64,000 bases of DNA. Source: Naegleria gruberi (taxonomy: Eukaryota). Position 1 is the first letter of the stretch, and each line of letters opens with the position of its first letter. The notes beneath the pieces are model-generated. The model saw only the letters and a program-made list of their open reading frames with translations, searched no databases and was not told the DNA's origin. Below, in pieces: positions 22,703 through 35,200 of this stretch. The DNA lies in the NCBI GenBank assembly GCA_000004985.1, contig GG738930.1. The stretch is one strand, 5' to 3'. The translations under genes and the position numbers were made by a program.

Positions 22703-23687
22703 ATGTTTTCATTCAAAGGAGGACATTCTTTGATGGTCATTTTGCTCAGTTTGCTCTTCATCATCATCTCACAGCATCTGATTTGGAATGTACTGCAGCT
22801 CAATTGGAAAAAACAGCCAATTTGTTGAGAAAATCAAATTCACCATTCGCATCGACTCGATTTGCACAATTGGCCAAAGTTAAAAAAGCATTGGCAAATG
22901 TTCGAAATGAGATTGAAATTGTCAATTCGACATGTGTTGCATTTGATGGTCCTGATTGTAATATAACAAAATTAACTAGCAGCCCCATCTTAATACAAAC
23001 ATGTAATTCTAAATGTATAGCATGTCTATCTCAAGATCAGTGCTCTCTGTGTTCTGGAAATTGGATGGGATTCAATTGTTCATTATGTAAATCAGGTTGG
23101 ATTGGAACAGATTGTAATTTAGCTGATATTGGGGATTTGGTGTCATCAACAATTCTCACAAATACCAATCATTCTGTAAGGCTACTGACTGAAATTTTGA
23201 ATAATGTTCCTACCAGCAATAAGAAATTACTTTTCAGAGCTTCAAGGGATGGTTTCACATCAAGCTCATTCCACACTTGGTGATAATAAGGGACCAACGA
23301 TTGTATTAATCAAAGCAAAAGGTGGAGCCGTATTCGGAAGTTATGCAAGGTTTTCTTGGGCTTCTTCTTGGACTAATGGATTTGCTTTGGATACATCTTC
23401 CTTCTTATTTAATTTCTTCAACCAATCAAGAAAGATTTGTCAAATTTCCTCTCATTGGTTCAGTTTCTATTAATTATAACAGTGCTTATGGACCAATTTT
23501 TGGTGGAGGTCATGATTTATTAATTGTTGATAATTCAAATCAGAACTCCAACAGTTATGCGAACTTGTGTTACAGTTATTGTAACAATGATGCAACAATG
23601 ATACCTGGTAGTATTACGGCACAATCATTTATGGCTGGATCAGCTTACTTCCAAGTTGATGATTATGAAGTGTATTCATTACAATAG
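22703..23687 (+). pseudogene. Degraded, or sequencing-error-affected, gene for a secreted Cys-rich (EGF/laminin-like) plus TLDc protein; it reads only with three 1-nt frame changes (~22780, ~23272, ~23420)
   Basis: Signal-peptide-like MFSFKGGHSLMVILLSLLFIIISQHLI (ATG 22703) in frame A; ECTAAQ...CNSKCIACLSQDQCSLCSGNWMGFNCSLCKSGWIGTDCN...LLFRASRDGFTSSSFHTW* in frame B; GDNKGPTIVLIKAKGGAVFGSYARFSW...FLFNFFNQ in frame C; KFPLIGSVSINYNSAYGPIFGGGHDLLIV...FMAGSAYFQVDDYEVYSLQ* back in frame B. The concatenation is a full TLDc domain. Confidence 0.4.
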
Positions 23688-23749
23688 AAGGAGAGGAATG
23701 TGGAGTGGGATTCAAGGTTTAGAATTATTAAGAATGAGTCATTCTATAT

Positions 23750-24262
23750 TCAATTCATTTCCAACAAGGCCAATAAATCTTCCAAATCCGATCTAATATT
23801 TGAGATTGGGGAGCGTAGAGTAGCATTGTGATCCCAATTTCTTTTTACAATTTCAAAATATTTCATTACTACTATTACAATGTTGGGAGATGTTTTTTCA
23901 TCTGGCAGCATGTACTCTGAAATCCATTTGAATATTTGATCTTCTGTTTTGAAAGGAATTATAGGTCTAAGTCCTTTAACAACCAATCCTGGAATGTTGA
24001 AAAGACTCACATTAGACCATAACCTTTCTTCCTCATTGTTGGTTTCGTACATTCTTGTCAATTTGAAACTTGATGAATAAGGTATCACTTCAAAGAATAC
24101 TTCCCACATAATAATTGCAAAGGAATAGACATCTATCATGGTTGCTGTTTGTCTCGAGGCCATATTCGATTCACTTGGTCCTTCTAAAACCTCGCTTGGA
24201 CAATAAAACAATGTACCTAAATTAGTTCTGTATTTAAATTGCAAGAGTTTTCTGTAAAAGAA
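23750..24262 (-). CDS. C-lobe fragment of a TKL-type protein kinase (subdomains VIII-XI) with no N-lobe on the same strand
   Basis: ...RKLLQFKYRTNLGTLFYCPSEVLEG(x13)IDVYSFAIIMWEVFFE...GLRPIIP...KWISEYMLPDEKTSPN matches the APE / DVYSFGI-LWE / GxRPxIP kinase C-lobe motifs. The ORF's 'M' is TTG and the frame stays open upstream through 24262. Confidence 0.6.
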   Translation of the reverse strand, partial: FFYRKLLQFKYRTNLGTLFYCPSEVLEGPSESNMASRQTATMIDVYSFAIIMWEVFFEVIPYSSSFKLTRMYETNNEEERLWSNVSLFNIPGLVVKGLRPIIPFKTEDQIFKWISEYMLPDEKTSPNIVIVVMKYFEIVKRNWDHNATLRSPISNIRSDLEDLLALLEMN

Positions 24263-25415
24263 GTTGTGCCAGGTAAACCACTAACCTTGAAGCTGCTAGT
24301 CCATAATTTTTTCGGTGATACTATTACTGATTTAAGCAAGATTAGGATTATGTATGATATTGATCAAGACATTGTTCTTTCTCTAAATTTCTCAACAGAC
24401 AGCACAATTCAAATAACACCCTACCCAGTCCAAAAGGAAATTGGAGCCTTAGAAAGGAGTTTGACACTTTATTCAGAAGACTCTCAGTATTTTTTTAATG
24501 TTTCATTCACATTTGTAAAATGCCCTCAAATGTTTACAATGGATGATGTGGTTATATCAGGTCAACCAGCAGTTGAATGTATCCCAGAACAAGTTGTACT
24601 CTCAAGAGATTTTGTAATTCTAGTTGCTGTTCCAACTTCAATTGCTGTTCTAATACTGGGAATATCTATTGGTCTGTTTTCTCTTTATGTCCTTAACTTT
24701 ATTTCGGTAAGAATGTGGAGACTGAAAAAGAAAGAAAAAGCAGAATTGGAATTGGAAATGAGAATTATTGACAAGAAAGTAATATTTCAAAATTCTGTGG
24801 TTTCTTCCCAATCTACATTGTCAGAAACTGCCAAATCAAAACAATCAAACAATAGTGATCTATCCGTTCCACTGATAGAAAAGAATGAAAAACCGTCATT
24901 TATTATTCCTATTGAAAATATTGAAATTGTTAGAAAACTTGCCGAAGGAGGACTAGGAATAGTTTATCTTGGGAAATTAGTTGGAAAAATTGACGTTGCC
25001 ATAAAACTTCTGAAATCGACCGACCAAGGAGATGAGTTTGAGCAAGAAGCTTCATTACTGAGCTCACTGAGACATGATAACATTCTGACATTATTTGGTA
25101 TTTGTGTAACATCAGAAAACAAATACATGGTTACTGAGTTTGCTGAAATGGGCTCTCTTGATAAATCCTTATACAGAGCCAGGATTGGGGAAATTACTCT
25201 TCCACTGAAGAACAAACTCTCTATATTAATAGCCACAGCTAAAGGCATTGAATATTTACACAATTTGACACCAACTGTTGTTCACCGTGATTTAGTAAGT
25301 ACTACAATCTTGTTAATTTATTGTTATTAACCAATATTAACTTCAACAGAAACCTGGAAATATCTTGCTTGATAAGAAGAGTGTTGCCAAGATTTGTGAT
25401 TTTGGCCTATCAAGA
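24239..25415 (+). CDS. Receptor-like kinase fragment: extracellular segment, one TM helix, and kinase N-lobe through DFG; join(24239..25294, 25350..25415). It has no ATG start and no kinase C-lobe downstream
   Basis: TM: FVILVAVPTSIAVLILGISIGLFSLYVLNFISV then RMWRLKKKEK. Kinase: LAEGGLGIVYLGK..VAIKLL..E..VVHRDL|KPGNILLDKKSVAKICDFGLSR. The intron 25295..25349 (GTAAGT..CAACAG, phase 0) restores a perfect HRDLKPGNIL catalytic loop. Confidence 0.65.
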
Positions 25416-27008
25416 ACGATTTCCAATTCCATGAACAGTGTCTTGACAGGGGCACTCATAAACTCTGTATTTGGAGGTTTCTTGAATTGGAAAGATGATC
25501 CAGTAGACTTTAGATTGGACAAATATCCTTCTGCTCCGAGTGATGCTGTATTCTTGTTAAAGGTACATGTTTCAGAAATGATTAGTGATTTTGGATTCTC
25601 ATCTCCCTGGTTTCTTCCAAATAATAGAGCTCCACCTTTAGATGCCTTATTGTTTAGAAATTTACATCCTGATATGAGACCAGTTTTTTCAATTCCAAGA
25701 ACAGATATTGCTCCTCCACCACCTTTAACGTAGCCAATTGAGTCATCTTTTCTTTGACTGTAACTTTCCAATAAAACTCTATTTCTTATGAAAGTAGAAT
25801 CTGAAACTTCCAATTCTTTTACATACTCTATATGAACTGCTCCTCCACTAATAGATGCATTATTTCCAATGAACGTATTGTTTGATAACTGAGCTTTTGC
25901 AATGAATAGAATGAACATTCCCCCTCCACTTTCGGCACTGTAATTATTTTCGAATATATTATTAGTTACTGAGGCCCAACAATAAGTTGTCATATCAGGT
26001 TGACAATATCCTAGGAAAAGTGCTCCACCCTTCTGTCCCCTATTTAGCTGAAAAATATTGTTATCAAGTTTGGCAGTCACATAATTATTGACATATACAC
26101 TTCCTCCATAAAGACTACCCTTATTACGAGCAAAATATGAATTGGTAATATTCACATTGGCACAATTAAACGTCAACAATGAACAAGTGTAGAAACACTC
26201 TCTAGTTATTTCACTATTCATCATTGAAAAATAGTCCACAAGCACATCTTTCACATCGATAATGCTAATTACTTGTCTATTTGATGTGCTATTAGCATTT
26301 TGTAGCAAGGCATACGCTCCTGATTGAAGATATAGCTTTGGTCTCTTTAGTGATGTACCCTTAATATTAGAATCAGTAAATTTGAATGTTTCAAAATCTC
26401 GAACAAATATCTTTCCTTCTTGATCTATAATTCCATTTGTTGCTGTTACTTGTTGTATTTTAGAGAATCTTAAAAGTGCAGCTACCTCATAATTGTGCAA
26501 TTGGGCATAATTTCCCATATTTACCTCCATATGACTGTCAGAATCCAAAAGAGAGGAATTTTCAATTACTAAATTCCCTGAAAACACGATAGCAAAATAT
26601 TCTACAGTGCTGTTGACTATTTCGAAAGTAGTAGATTTTACATCTCCTTGAATGTCATTTCTAGGATAGTACTTGAAATCAGAATCATTAAAGTATGAGT
26701 TACTGATCGTAAATGAGATGAGCTGGTCAAAATTATAATTGACACCGTATAAATTACAATACTCATAAGATATGTAGGATATATCTGNNNNNNNNNNNNN
26801 NNNNNNNNNNNNNNNNNNNNNNNNNNNNNNNNNNNNNNNNNNNNNNNNNNNNNNNNNNNNNNNNNNNNNNNNNNNNNNNNNNNNNNNNNNNNNNNNNNNN
26901 NNNNNNNNNNNNNNNNNNNNNNNNNNNNNNNNNNNNNNNNNNNNNNNNNNNNNNNNNNNCTAGCAACAACAAGAAAATCACCACCATCACGTTGTTGATT
27001 CTTTCCAT
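25343..27008 (-). CDS. Secreted right-handed beta-helix (pectin-lyase-fold-like, GGA[LV]/NNxF repeat) protein, interrupted by assembly gap 26788..26959; the 3' limit is uncertain because the last ~25 codons are antisense of the kinase exon
   Basis: Signal peptide MERINNVMVVIFLLLL at 27008; repeats ...GGALFLGYC...NNIFENNYSAESGGGMFILF...SNNTFIGNNASISGGAVHIEY...VKGGGGAISVLG...NNKASKGGALLFG. Confidence 0.5.
26788..26959. other. Assembly gap (172 N) inside the beta-helix protein gene
   Basis: Run of n. Confidence 1.
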
Positions 27009-27600
27009 TTTTTTGTGTGGGAATTGCTAGATTTTTCAACACTGTTTTTGGTCAAAACATCATGACGGAGTGAACCAACAAACCAACACAATTTGTTGCT
27101 TTGCATACTTTTTTCCTTCCGATACAACGTCAATCCCAATCGTCATCATTTTCCGTACATCAATATTTGTTACCGTAATCACAACAATTAAAAATGTTGA
27201 AGGAGATGTGAGGGTTAACCTCGTGCGAAATACTAGAATTTTGAATACTATAGTGTGATGATTTTCATACTTTCTTTTGGTGATGATGAATATCAACTAT
27301 TGTATTTTTTTAAATTGTTAAATAATAATAATATTTAAGAGTGATTAATAATTAATAATATCAAATTGAATATTAGGGATATTTCAAAATAATGAAGAAC
27401 ACACCAAGTTGGTTTTCAATACTCTAAATCTAATGGTTATTGAGTTAATTCGAATTCCTAGTAATATGTGTATGAAACTTCAGAACAGATTACAACAAAA
27501 TGGAAAGGTTACATTGAAATAACGGTTTCACTTTAAATGATTGGTTATAATCAACTTACTGGTTGGTTGATAGCACTACTTTTTAACACAACTAAAAAAA

Positions 27601-27987
27601 ATGCAAGACTCAGATGAAACATTCATTATCAGAAACATTCAACAATATGAAGAAGTAGACATGCCACTCAGTGCCTTGTTACTTCAAATCGTTCAATCCT
27701 ATGGTTTCCAGTTGAAAGACCATTCACAATTTGACGACTTGGAAAGAAAAATAAGAGAATCGGCAATTTCCACCTCGGGCTCTGAACTTTCTGATAAAGA
27801 ATTGCAAGAAATTTCAAAGTTGGCACAACAAGCAGAACCATTATTGACAGAAAAATCAAAAATTAGAGGAGCTTTGAGAGAAAGAATGATACTTGTTGCT
27901 CCTCGAGTTTATGAAAAGCTTGGTGAAGTTGTTGGAGCTAGAATGATCCAAAAGTTTGGATTAGAAAACATGATTAATCAGGAATAA
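27601..27987 (+). CDS. Hypothetical 128-aa protein, no recognised domain
   Basis: ATG at 27601 after aaaaaaa; ORF MQDSDETFIIRNIQQYEEVDMPLSALLLQIV... Confidence 0.4.
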   Translation: MQDSDETFIIRNIQQYEEVDMPLSALLLQIVQSYGFQLKDHSQFDDLERKIRESAISTSGSELSDKELQEISKLAQQAEPLLTEKSKIRGALRERMILVAPRVYEKLGEVVGARMIQKFGLENMINQE

Positions 27988-28442
27988 TAAATACAGTTGA
28001 CCATTAACTGAACAATGTGTGTTTTGTAGAATTCTCCCGAGGTAAACTTTGTGTAAAATTAGCAAGGAAAAATATTCCATTTTAATTGTTATTTGAACTA
28101 GAGGGGTTATTATCAAGATACTAATCGAGATTCATCAAGGGAAGTAAGGCCGAGACTGACCCAAATGCCCTGAGATAAAACCTAATGAATTTTCTACGTT
28201 CCATCATCAACGTGGTTGATGATCAACAACTGGGACACTTTATCTTGTTCCTACTGTCTATTCAAACTTCTTTGCAATTTCCTTCTTTTTCCATTCCAAT
28301 CTCCTAAGCAATTAATTCCAACCTTTCTTTTGCACAGTTGAAATGCAAAAAGATTCGACAGAACATTCAAAGCATGTCCAAGATTTGTTGCATGAACTAG
28401 AATCACTGACTCACAGCCATTATCCAAAGTTTAGATAAAAAA

Positions 28443-28733
28443 ATGTCTGAACTAGACGAAAGCGACTGTTGTTTGAGCTGTATTAATTCTTCATTCAAAA
28501 GTCTCGAAGAAAAACAGGAAGAGCTCATTTCCATGTATTTTTGTTGCTGTTTCCTCTTTTTTCCCCCTTTGGCTTTCTATTTAATGTTTAAACGAATTGG
28601 ACGAATCAGTTGGAAAGTTATTGGAGTTTCAACAGTTTTAACTTTCTTTTGTTGGATACCTGGAGTAATCCATGGACTTGTCAAGTTTTTCAAGCTGAGA
28701 AAGGCACTTGTTACATTTGGTGGAAAGGTTTAA
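28443..28733 (+). CDS. Pmp3/UPF0057-family small proteolipid with a Cys-rich N-terminal extension
   Basis: FPPLAFYLMFKRIGRISWKVIGVSTVLTFFCWIPGVIHGLVKFF matches the LPP.A.....G.....FWI..LLT.LG.IPG.I.A signature of PF01679; ATG at 28443. Confidence 0.5.
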   Translation: MSELDESDCCLSCINSSFKSLEEKQEELISMYFCCCFLFFPPLAFYLMFKRIGRISWKVIGVSTVLTFFCWIPGVIHGLVKFFKLRKALVTFGGKV

Positions 28734-29226
28734 ATTTGTTTCATTCCATGAATTCAATCAATTTTCGCTTATTTATATTTTTCCAATTTTGATTTTTCAA
28801 ATTTTCCCTTAATCCGAGATGAATCCAATGATTTTTCTCATCCACAACAATAAATCCATCACTTGCATAATATCATGTTTTTCAAAGTTGTGCAATTCTT
28901 GAATTGAATGAGCTAATTAAAAATATCGTTTAGATAACCCAATCAAGTGCTTGGGAATTCTCAAGCACCTTTCAATGTGGAGATGTAATCATATGATACG
29001 CTTCACGTTGTTACCTTCATACTGAATGCAACCATTCAAGCTAACCAACATTTCAAAGATACTTTTTTAAAATTGATTAAAAACCTTCAAGCCTGAAAAA
29101 GATTCAAAAATATTTAATTAGCATTAAAAAAAAATCACAACAGGAAGACTTTGATTTTCTATAGAACGAGTCTTTTTTAATCAAATTTTGTTTTAATAAC
29201 ATCATAGCTTGTAAGCCAATACAACA

Positions 29227-32200
29227 ATGAGTAATTATAGTGATCATCAGAAGAGTGGTAATTCTTCTTACGCATCTTCTAGTAATAATAATAGCCGAGG
29301 AGGAAAAAGACCATCCAGAGGTAGAGGAAATTATCATCATACAAGTAGTGCTGGTGGTAGTGGCAGCAGTGTTAGTGGTGGTTACCATCATCATCATGCC
29401 TCCCAACCACAACAGCCTCCACAACAACAACAACAACATGTTAGAGAGGGTCCACCAAAATACAAAAAGAAACAACCTCTCGCTTTTGTCAAGATTCCAT
29501 CTTCAAGTAGTGTTGAAGAACAAGAAGCTAAGAAACAAAAACAAGAAACCAAAATTGTAAATAATAATACAATTAATGATGAACAAGTTGATGCCGATGA
29601 TGAATTAGGCCTCGATGTTGCAGACTTTATTCCAACATACATCAACAGATTCCGTGAACTTTTGACCACATTGTATAGTAATAGCCAATTAAATCAAGAC
29701 CAATTGTTAAATATTGCAAATAGAATTTGGAGTGAAGTTTTAGAACCAACACTTCTTGCCGAATTAAATCCAAGCCTAGAATCACTCTATACAGCATCAT
29801 CTAGGAAGGGAAAACTCACGAATTTTATTGGTGATAAGGATATTAGACTTGTCACAGTAATAATGGGCATTGATAAGCTGATTACTAAGGTTCATCATTC
29901 TAGTAGCATTGTAGAAGTTGTTCCAGAATTCATTTTACATCAAAAGGGTATTAAAGTTGAAGGAGATGATAGAATTATTGAGTTGCTTCCTCAATTTGAT
30001 ACACTCTTTTTCGAGATATTAACACATGAAACAAGAAGAATTTGGAGACAATCCAACTCTGATATGAGTATTAGTATTTCCAATTTTGAAACTGATTTTA
30101 ACAAGTCTCTGGTTGGTTGTAATATTTCTCAATTTGAGAAGCAAATTGAGGAATTAAAGAATGAAATTGAGCAATTGAAAAAGTCAGAATCTATCTATGC
30201 AAAGAAGAGAAAGGAAATTGAGAATGAAATTGATCGTTTAATGGAAAAGTCTTTGGACTTGATTGATTTGGTTGAAGAAGCCGAGAAGGAAGAAAAGCTT
30301 TCCAAGAGAACCATGTCTAGTCGTTCATTGTCAGAAGAATCTGATGAAACTACAGAGGATGAAGCAATCACACCAAAGACCTCACAACCACCAGTTGTAG
30401 AACAAATTCTTCCAACAACAAATGTCAGCCAAGAAGGCAAGACTGTCTTTTTGCAAAAGATTGCAGCACTCATCAAGGTTGCCCAAGCTGAAGAAACAGA
30501 AAGTTCCGAAAAGCTCAAAACCTACTCTACCATTGCTTCAATGATTGATGCCTCTTTCAATTATTTCAAGGATAAGAGTAATCAAACTGAAGGTATTGTT
30601 CCTTTGAGCTATTCTTCGATATCAACACCAACCATTCTCTTCTTGTTGGACTTTTTTAAGGAAAATCCTGAAAAGATTCCATCCAGTGTTATTTCCAAGG
30701 TTTTGTCATTGACATCTTGCTCTTTGAAGGGAAGAAGATTTGAGGAAAAGAATGAAATATTTGCTCGATATCATGTTGTTTTGATGCATTTTACCAAGTA
30801 TCTTACTATCAGAAAGATGGAACTTTTCATGAATCTTATGAATAAGATTTCTTCTTCTCTCAATGGTGTTGATTCTGAATTTATCTTTTCTCTCTTGAAA
30901 CAAAATGCTCCTACACAATATAGAAATGGTAATACTCTTATGGGATTCTCAGATAGAGTTAACTTGGTAAGATTGTGGCAAGTACAAGCATTCTGTGCTA
31001 CTCTCGTTATGACTAATCCAAAACTTGCCAATCAAATTTTCACCTTCTATGAACGTCACTGTCTCTCATGGATGAATCTTTGGGAAGAAATCAAAAATGT
31101 TTGCCTCAGAGAAACATCACTCACTGCCGTAAAGAAGAAGAAACAAAAGAACGACCTAGCTTCATCATCAAACGTAGCTAGTGCATCTTCATCTGAAAAG
31201 GAAGAGTCTGAAGTTGTAGCTGTTGCCTCTCAAATTACAGAAAAGGTGCAATCACAAGTTGCCATTAGTGAATCACTCGAAACTGACATTCAGAATATTG
31301 AAACTCAATTAGGTAAATCTCCTGAAGTTTTAAAACAAGAAGCTGAAGAACATACCATGCTTCAAATAACTAGAGATTGTACCAAGATTTTCAAGGAAGA
31401 ACTCGAACCAAGTGAGGAAGAACGTAAGGGTAAGAAAGAATTGGTAGATGAAATTTCTCAAGTTATTCAATCCCTCTTCTCTTCTAATCAAAATATTGGA
31501 GATCAACAAGTTCAACCACCAAAGATTTATACCTATGGTTCCTATGCTAGCGACTTGAGTTTAAAGGGTTCCAGTGATATTGATATGTGTGTTTCATTTG
31601 CAGGTTTGGAGAATATTCAAGAAAACAGCAAGATCCAAGGTAGATTATTGGAAATGATAAGAAAGGAAATGGACGGAAAGAGTAAGAAGGATACCAACAC
31701 TCTCTTCCCTCATTTGAAATCCCAAAATCAAGAAGTTATCAGAAGCAGTAGAGTACCAATTCTCAAGATTCATGATAACAAGAGAGATTTGGATTGCGAT
31801 CTCTGTGTTGCCACCTATTTGGGTGTAGTTAACACTAGAATGATCAGCACTTATTTGCAAGTCGATTCAAGAATGTTGGCCTACTATAAGGAAAATGGTT
31901 TGGCAACCCTTGCTGATTCTGAAATTGATAGAATCAAGACCTTTATTTACATGATCAAGAGATGGGCCAAGAGAAGACATATCAATGATCCTCCAGGTGG
32001 TTCACTTTCATCATACAGTTATGTTCTCATGTGTCTTCAATTTTTGCAACATTTAGAAATTTTACCATCCCTCCAACAAATTGCTGAAGATACATCACTT
32101 GGATTAACTGACGAAGATTATTCCAAGCCACAACATGTCAATGCTTATAATACCAAGTATTTGAAGAATTTGGAAAAGCTTCCAACTATTTGGAAAGCCA

Positions 32201-35200
32201 AGAACCCTCAAAAGGTTGCTTCCTATACACTTGGTCACTTGATCTACTTGTTCTTTGAATTCTATGCTAAGAAGTTTGACTTTGATACTAATTGTATCTC
32301 AATTAGAGCTGGTAGTCCAGTTCCAAAGAAAAATGCCAAGACTATTATTTCACTTGAAGATCCATTCGAAATTCGTGATCTTGGATGTGTTGTTTCTAAT
32401 GAAATGGGTCCTGTCATTGTTTCTGAATTTAGAAGATCTCATGAAATTTTGTCTGCTGGTGGTTCTATCAATGACTTGCTTGAGGAAAGAGAAGGAGTCT
32501 CCTCTGTTAATATTTATCAAATGAAGAGAGAAGTAGGAAAACAAGGTTATGATGATTACTTAGCCAGTGAAGCTGTTGATGAAATGTTGGCCAAGGGCGA
32601 ACTTTATCAAGGTGAATTGAGAGTCAATAAGAAGCGTTTCACAACTGAGGCCTATGTTTCAGTTGAAGGTTTTAAAAAGGATGTCTTGGTTGAAGGCCTT
32701 AAGAATCGTAACAGAGCAATGCATGGTGATGTTGTTGCCATTAAGATTCAAAAGACCAAGGTTGTTGCTGGTTCTGTCATGAGCAATACTCAACAAGAAT
32801 CTGCTAAGAGTCCAGAAGATACTGAACCTGCCACTGAAAAGATTGAAGTCGTAGCAACTGATTCTAATCTTGATGAGTCTGATGAAAATGTAATGATAAC
32901 TGGTGTTGTTGTTTCGATCTTGAAGAAGAAATCACCATCTATTTTCCCATGTACTTTAATGGCTCAAGATGATATTAGAGGTTACAGATGGCTGTTACCA
33001 CTCGAAAAGACCTATCCAAAGCTCAACGTTCCTTTCGAAGAATTTGAAAAACAATTCAATGCCAAATCTATTACTTTGGAAGAAGGTATTTTCGTTGTTG
33101 AAATGAAACCTTGGAATAAGAATTCAAACTTCCCTAAGGGTGCTATTATTGGTTGCCTTGGTTTGAAGAAGGATTTGTGGAGTTTAAAGAGAGCTCTCCT
33201 CCTTCAATACTGTCCAATTATGTTTGATAATATTTTCTCTGAAAGAAAGGTTGATAGAGACACTGAAAAGGAAATTACTTCTGCAACTTCAAGTTCTGTT
33301 ATGAGTCAATCCATGGCAGGATCTACTGCAGGAAGTGTCGTGGCCAAATCTGGTCTCGAAACTCATGCAGATGATGTTAAAAGAAGAAGTGATTATGGTC
33401 AAAATCAAGTTGCAAACATTGGTGATACTATCAGTGATATCAAACTTGAATCAGTTTCTTCAGATGAAATTATTCAAATTCAAGACTGGAGAGAATCGAG
33501 AAGAATTTTCACTATCGATCCTACTGAATCCAGAGATCTTGACGATGCTATCGCCATTGAACCAATTCTTGAGAATGGCCAACAACTTAACAATGATGCC
33601 TACCGTAAACCATATGCTGGTGTTCGTAAATTCTTAGTCACTGTTGCCATTGCTGATGTTTCTCAATTTGTTCCTGAAGGTTCACCAATTGATAAGGAAG
33701 CCAGAAAGAGAGGTACCAGTGTTTACATGGTCAATAGTGTTGAACATATGCTTGATCCTTCATTGTCTCAAAATCTTTGCAGTTTGCACGGAGGTGTCAA
33801 TCGTTTTGGTGTTGCTGTTGAATTTGTAATTGATAGAGAAACTGCTACCATTGAAAAGAGTAGTATCAAGTTTAATAGATGCATGATGAGATCCGCATGT
33901 CGTTTGGACTACAACAGAGCCCAAAAGATGATTGTTCACTACAAGAATAAGTTCTTTAATGGTCAAAATGAGACTGATCCAAAACGTAGATATGGTCTTG
34001 AACCAGAAGAAGTCCCAGCTGTCTATGGCTCTTTTACCTTGGATGAAATTTATGAAGATGTTCAAATTTTCAATGAACTTTCTCAAAAGTTGAGAAAGCA
34101 AAGAGCTGATAAGGGAAGTATTTTCTTGCAAAACGAACAACTTCGTTTCGAATGTGACATGGATGGTAAAGGTTTCCCATTGAAGGTTGCCTGTGATGAA
34201 CATAATGAATCCCACATGCTCATTGAAGAAATGATGTTGGTTGCTAACGAACTTGCTGCTACCGTTTTGAATGATCATTTTGGTGATGCAACCTTGTTGA
34301 GAGTTCACTCCTCTCCAAAGGTTGAAAAATGGGCTGTCACTGTTTCATTGCTTGCTGATAAGATTTACAAGTGGAAGCTTGACAATGTTACCAGATCAGG
34401 TATTGCAGTTGAAGCAGAAAAGGAAAAGGCTCACGTTTTAGATAAGTTGGAAAAGTGCGTTAAACATGTAACAAAGGGAGCTGAAAACAATGAGAAGCCA
34501 ATTACAATTCAAAACATTATCAATCTCCTCATTGAATCCACCAAGGATTATCCAACATTGATGCATACTATTCAACACAGTCTTTTGAGAGAAATGCAAT
34601 TGGCTCAATACGCCACTGTTGGAGATTGTAAGAAGGGAAAAGAAACTACTAAGGAAATTGTTGTTGAACCAACAGATATTGGCTCCAAGAGAATGGTTCC
34701 TAAGAAGCAATTTGAGAATACTTGGCATTTTGCTTTGTGCAAGGAATTCTACACTCACTTTACTTCTCCAATCAGAAGATATGCCGATTTGGTTGTTCAC
34801 AGATTGTTGCTTCAAATGATTCGTGAAAAGAGACTCAAGGAAATGAATCAATCAGATGAATCTATTCTCAGTAAGAGAGAAACTTCCTTGTCAGCTCAAG
34901 AAATTTCCTCCATTGCTGAACATCTTAATGATCAAGCCTATAGAGCAAGATTACTCCAAGACGAATGCGAAAAGCAATACTTGGCATATTATTTGTGGCC
35001 AAAACTTTCCAAGTCTGTTGAAAGAGTTGAAGCAGTTGTCTTGTCTATGGGTAAGAGAAGTTTCACCCTCTTTGTACCAAAATACGGTCTCGAACTCCAA
35101 GTTAATGCTATGAAGCACTTCTCCCCAACTCCTACCACACTCAAGATGGACGAAATTGAAATGGAAAGCCTTGTTTCAAACAGTATTTTGAAATTAGGAT

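Noticed and set aside
25365-25733. Plus-strand ORF continuing after DFGLSR as a possible rest of the kinase
   Set aside because: Translation TISNSMNSVLTGALINSVFGG... has no kinase C-lobe motifs (no APE, DVYS, RP). It is the antisense of the minus-strand beta-helix gene
29104-29669. Alternate-frame ORFs 29104..29475(-), 29240..29560(+), 29394..29669(-) at the 5' end of the fusion gene
   Set aside because: Low-complexity (Ser/Gly/His/Gln codon) region readable in several frames; the long-ORF frame is the coding one
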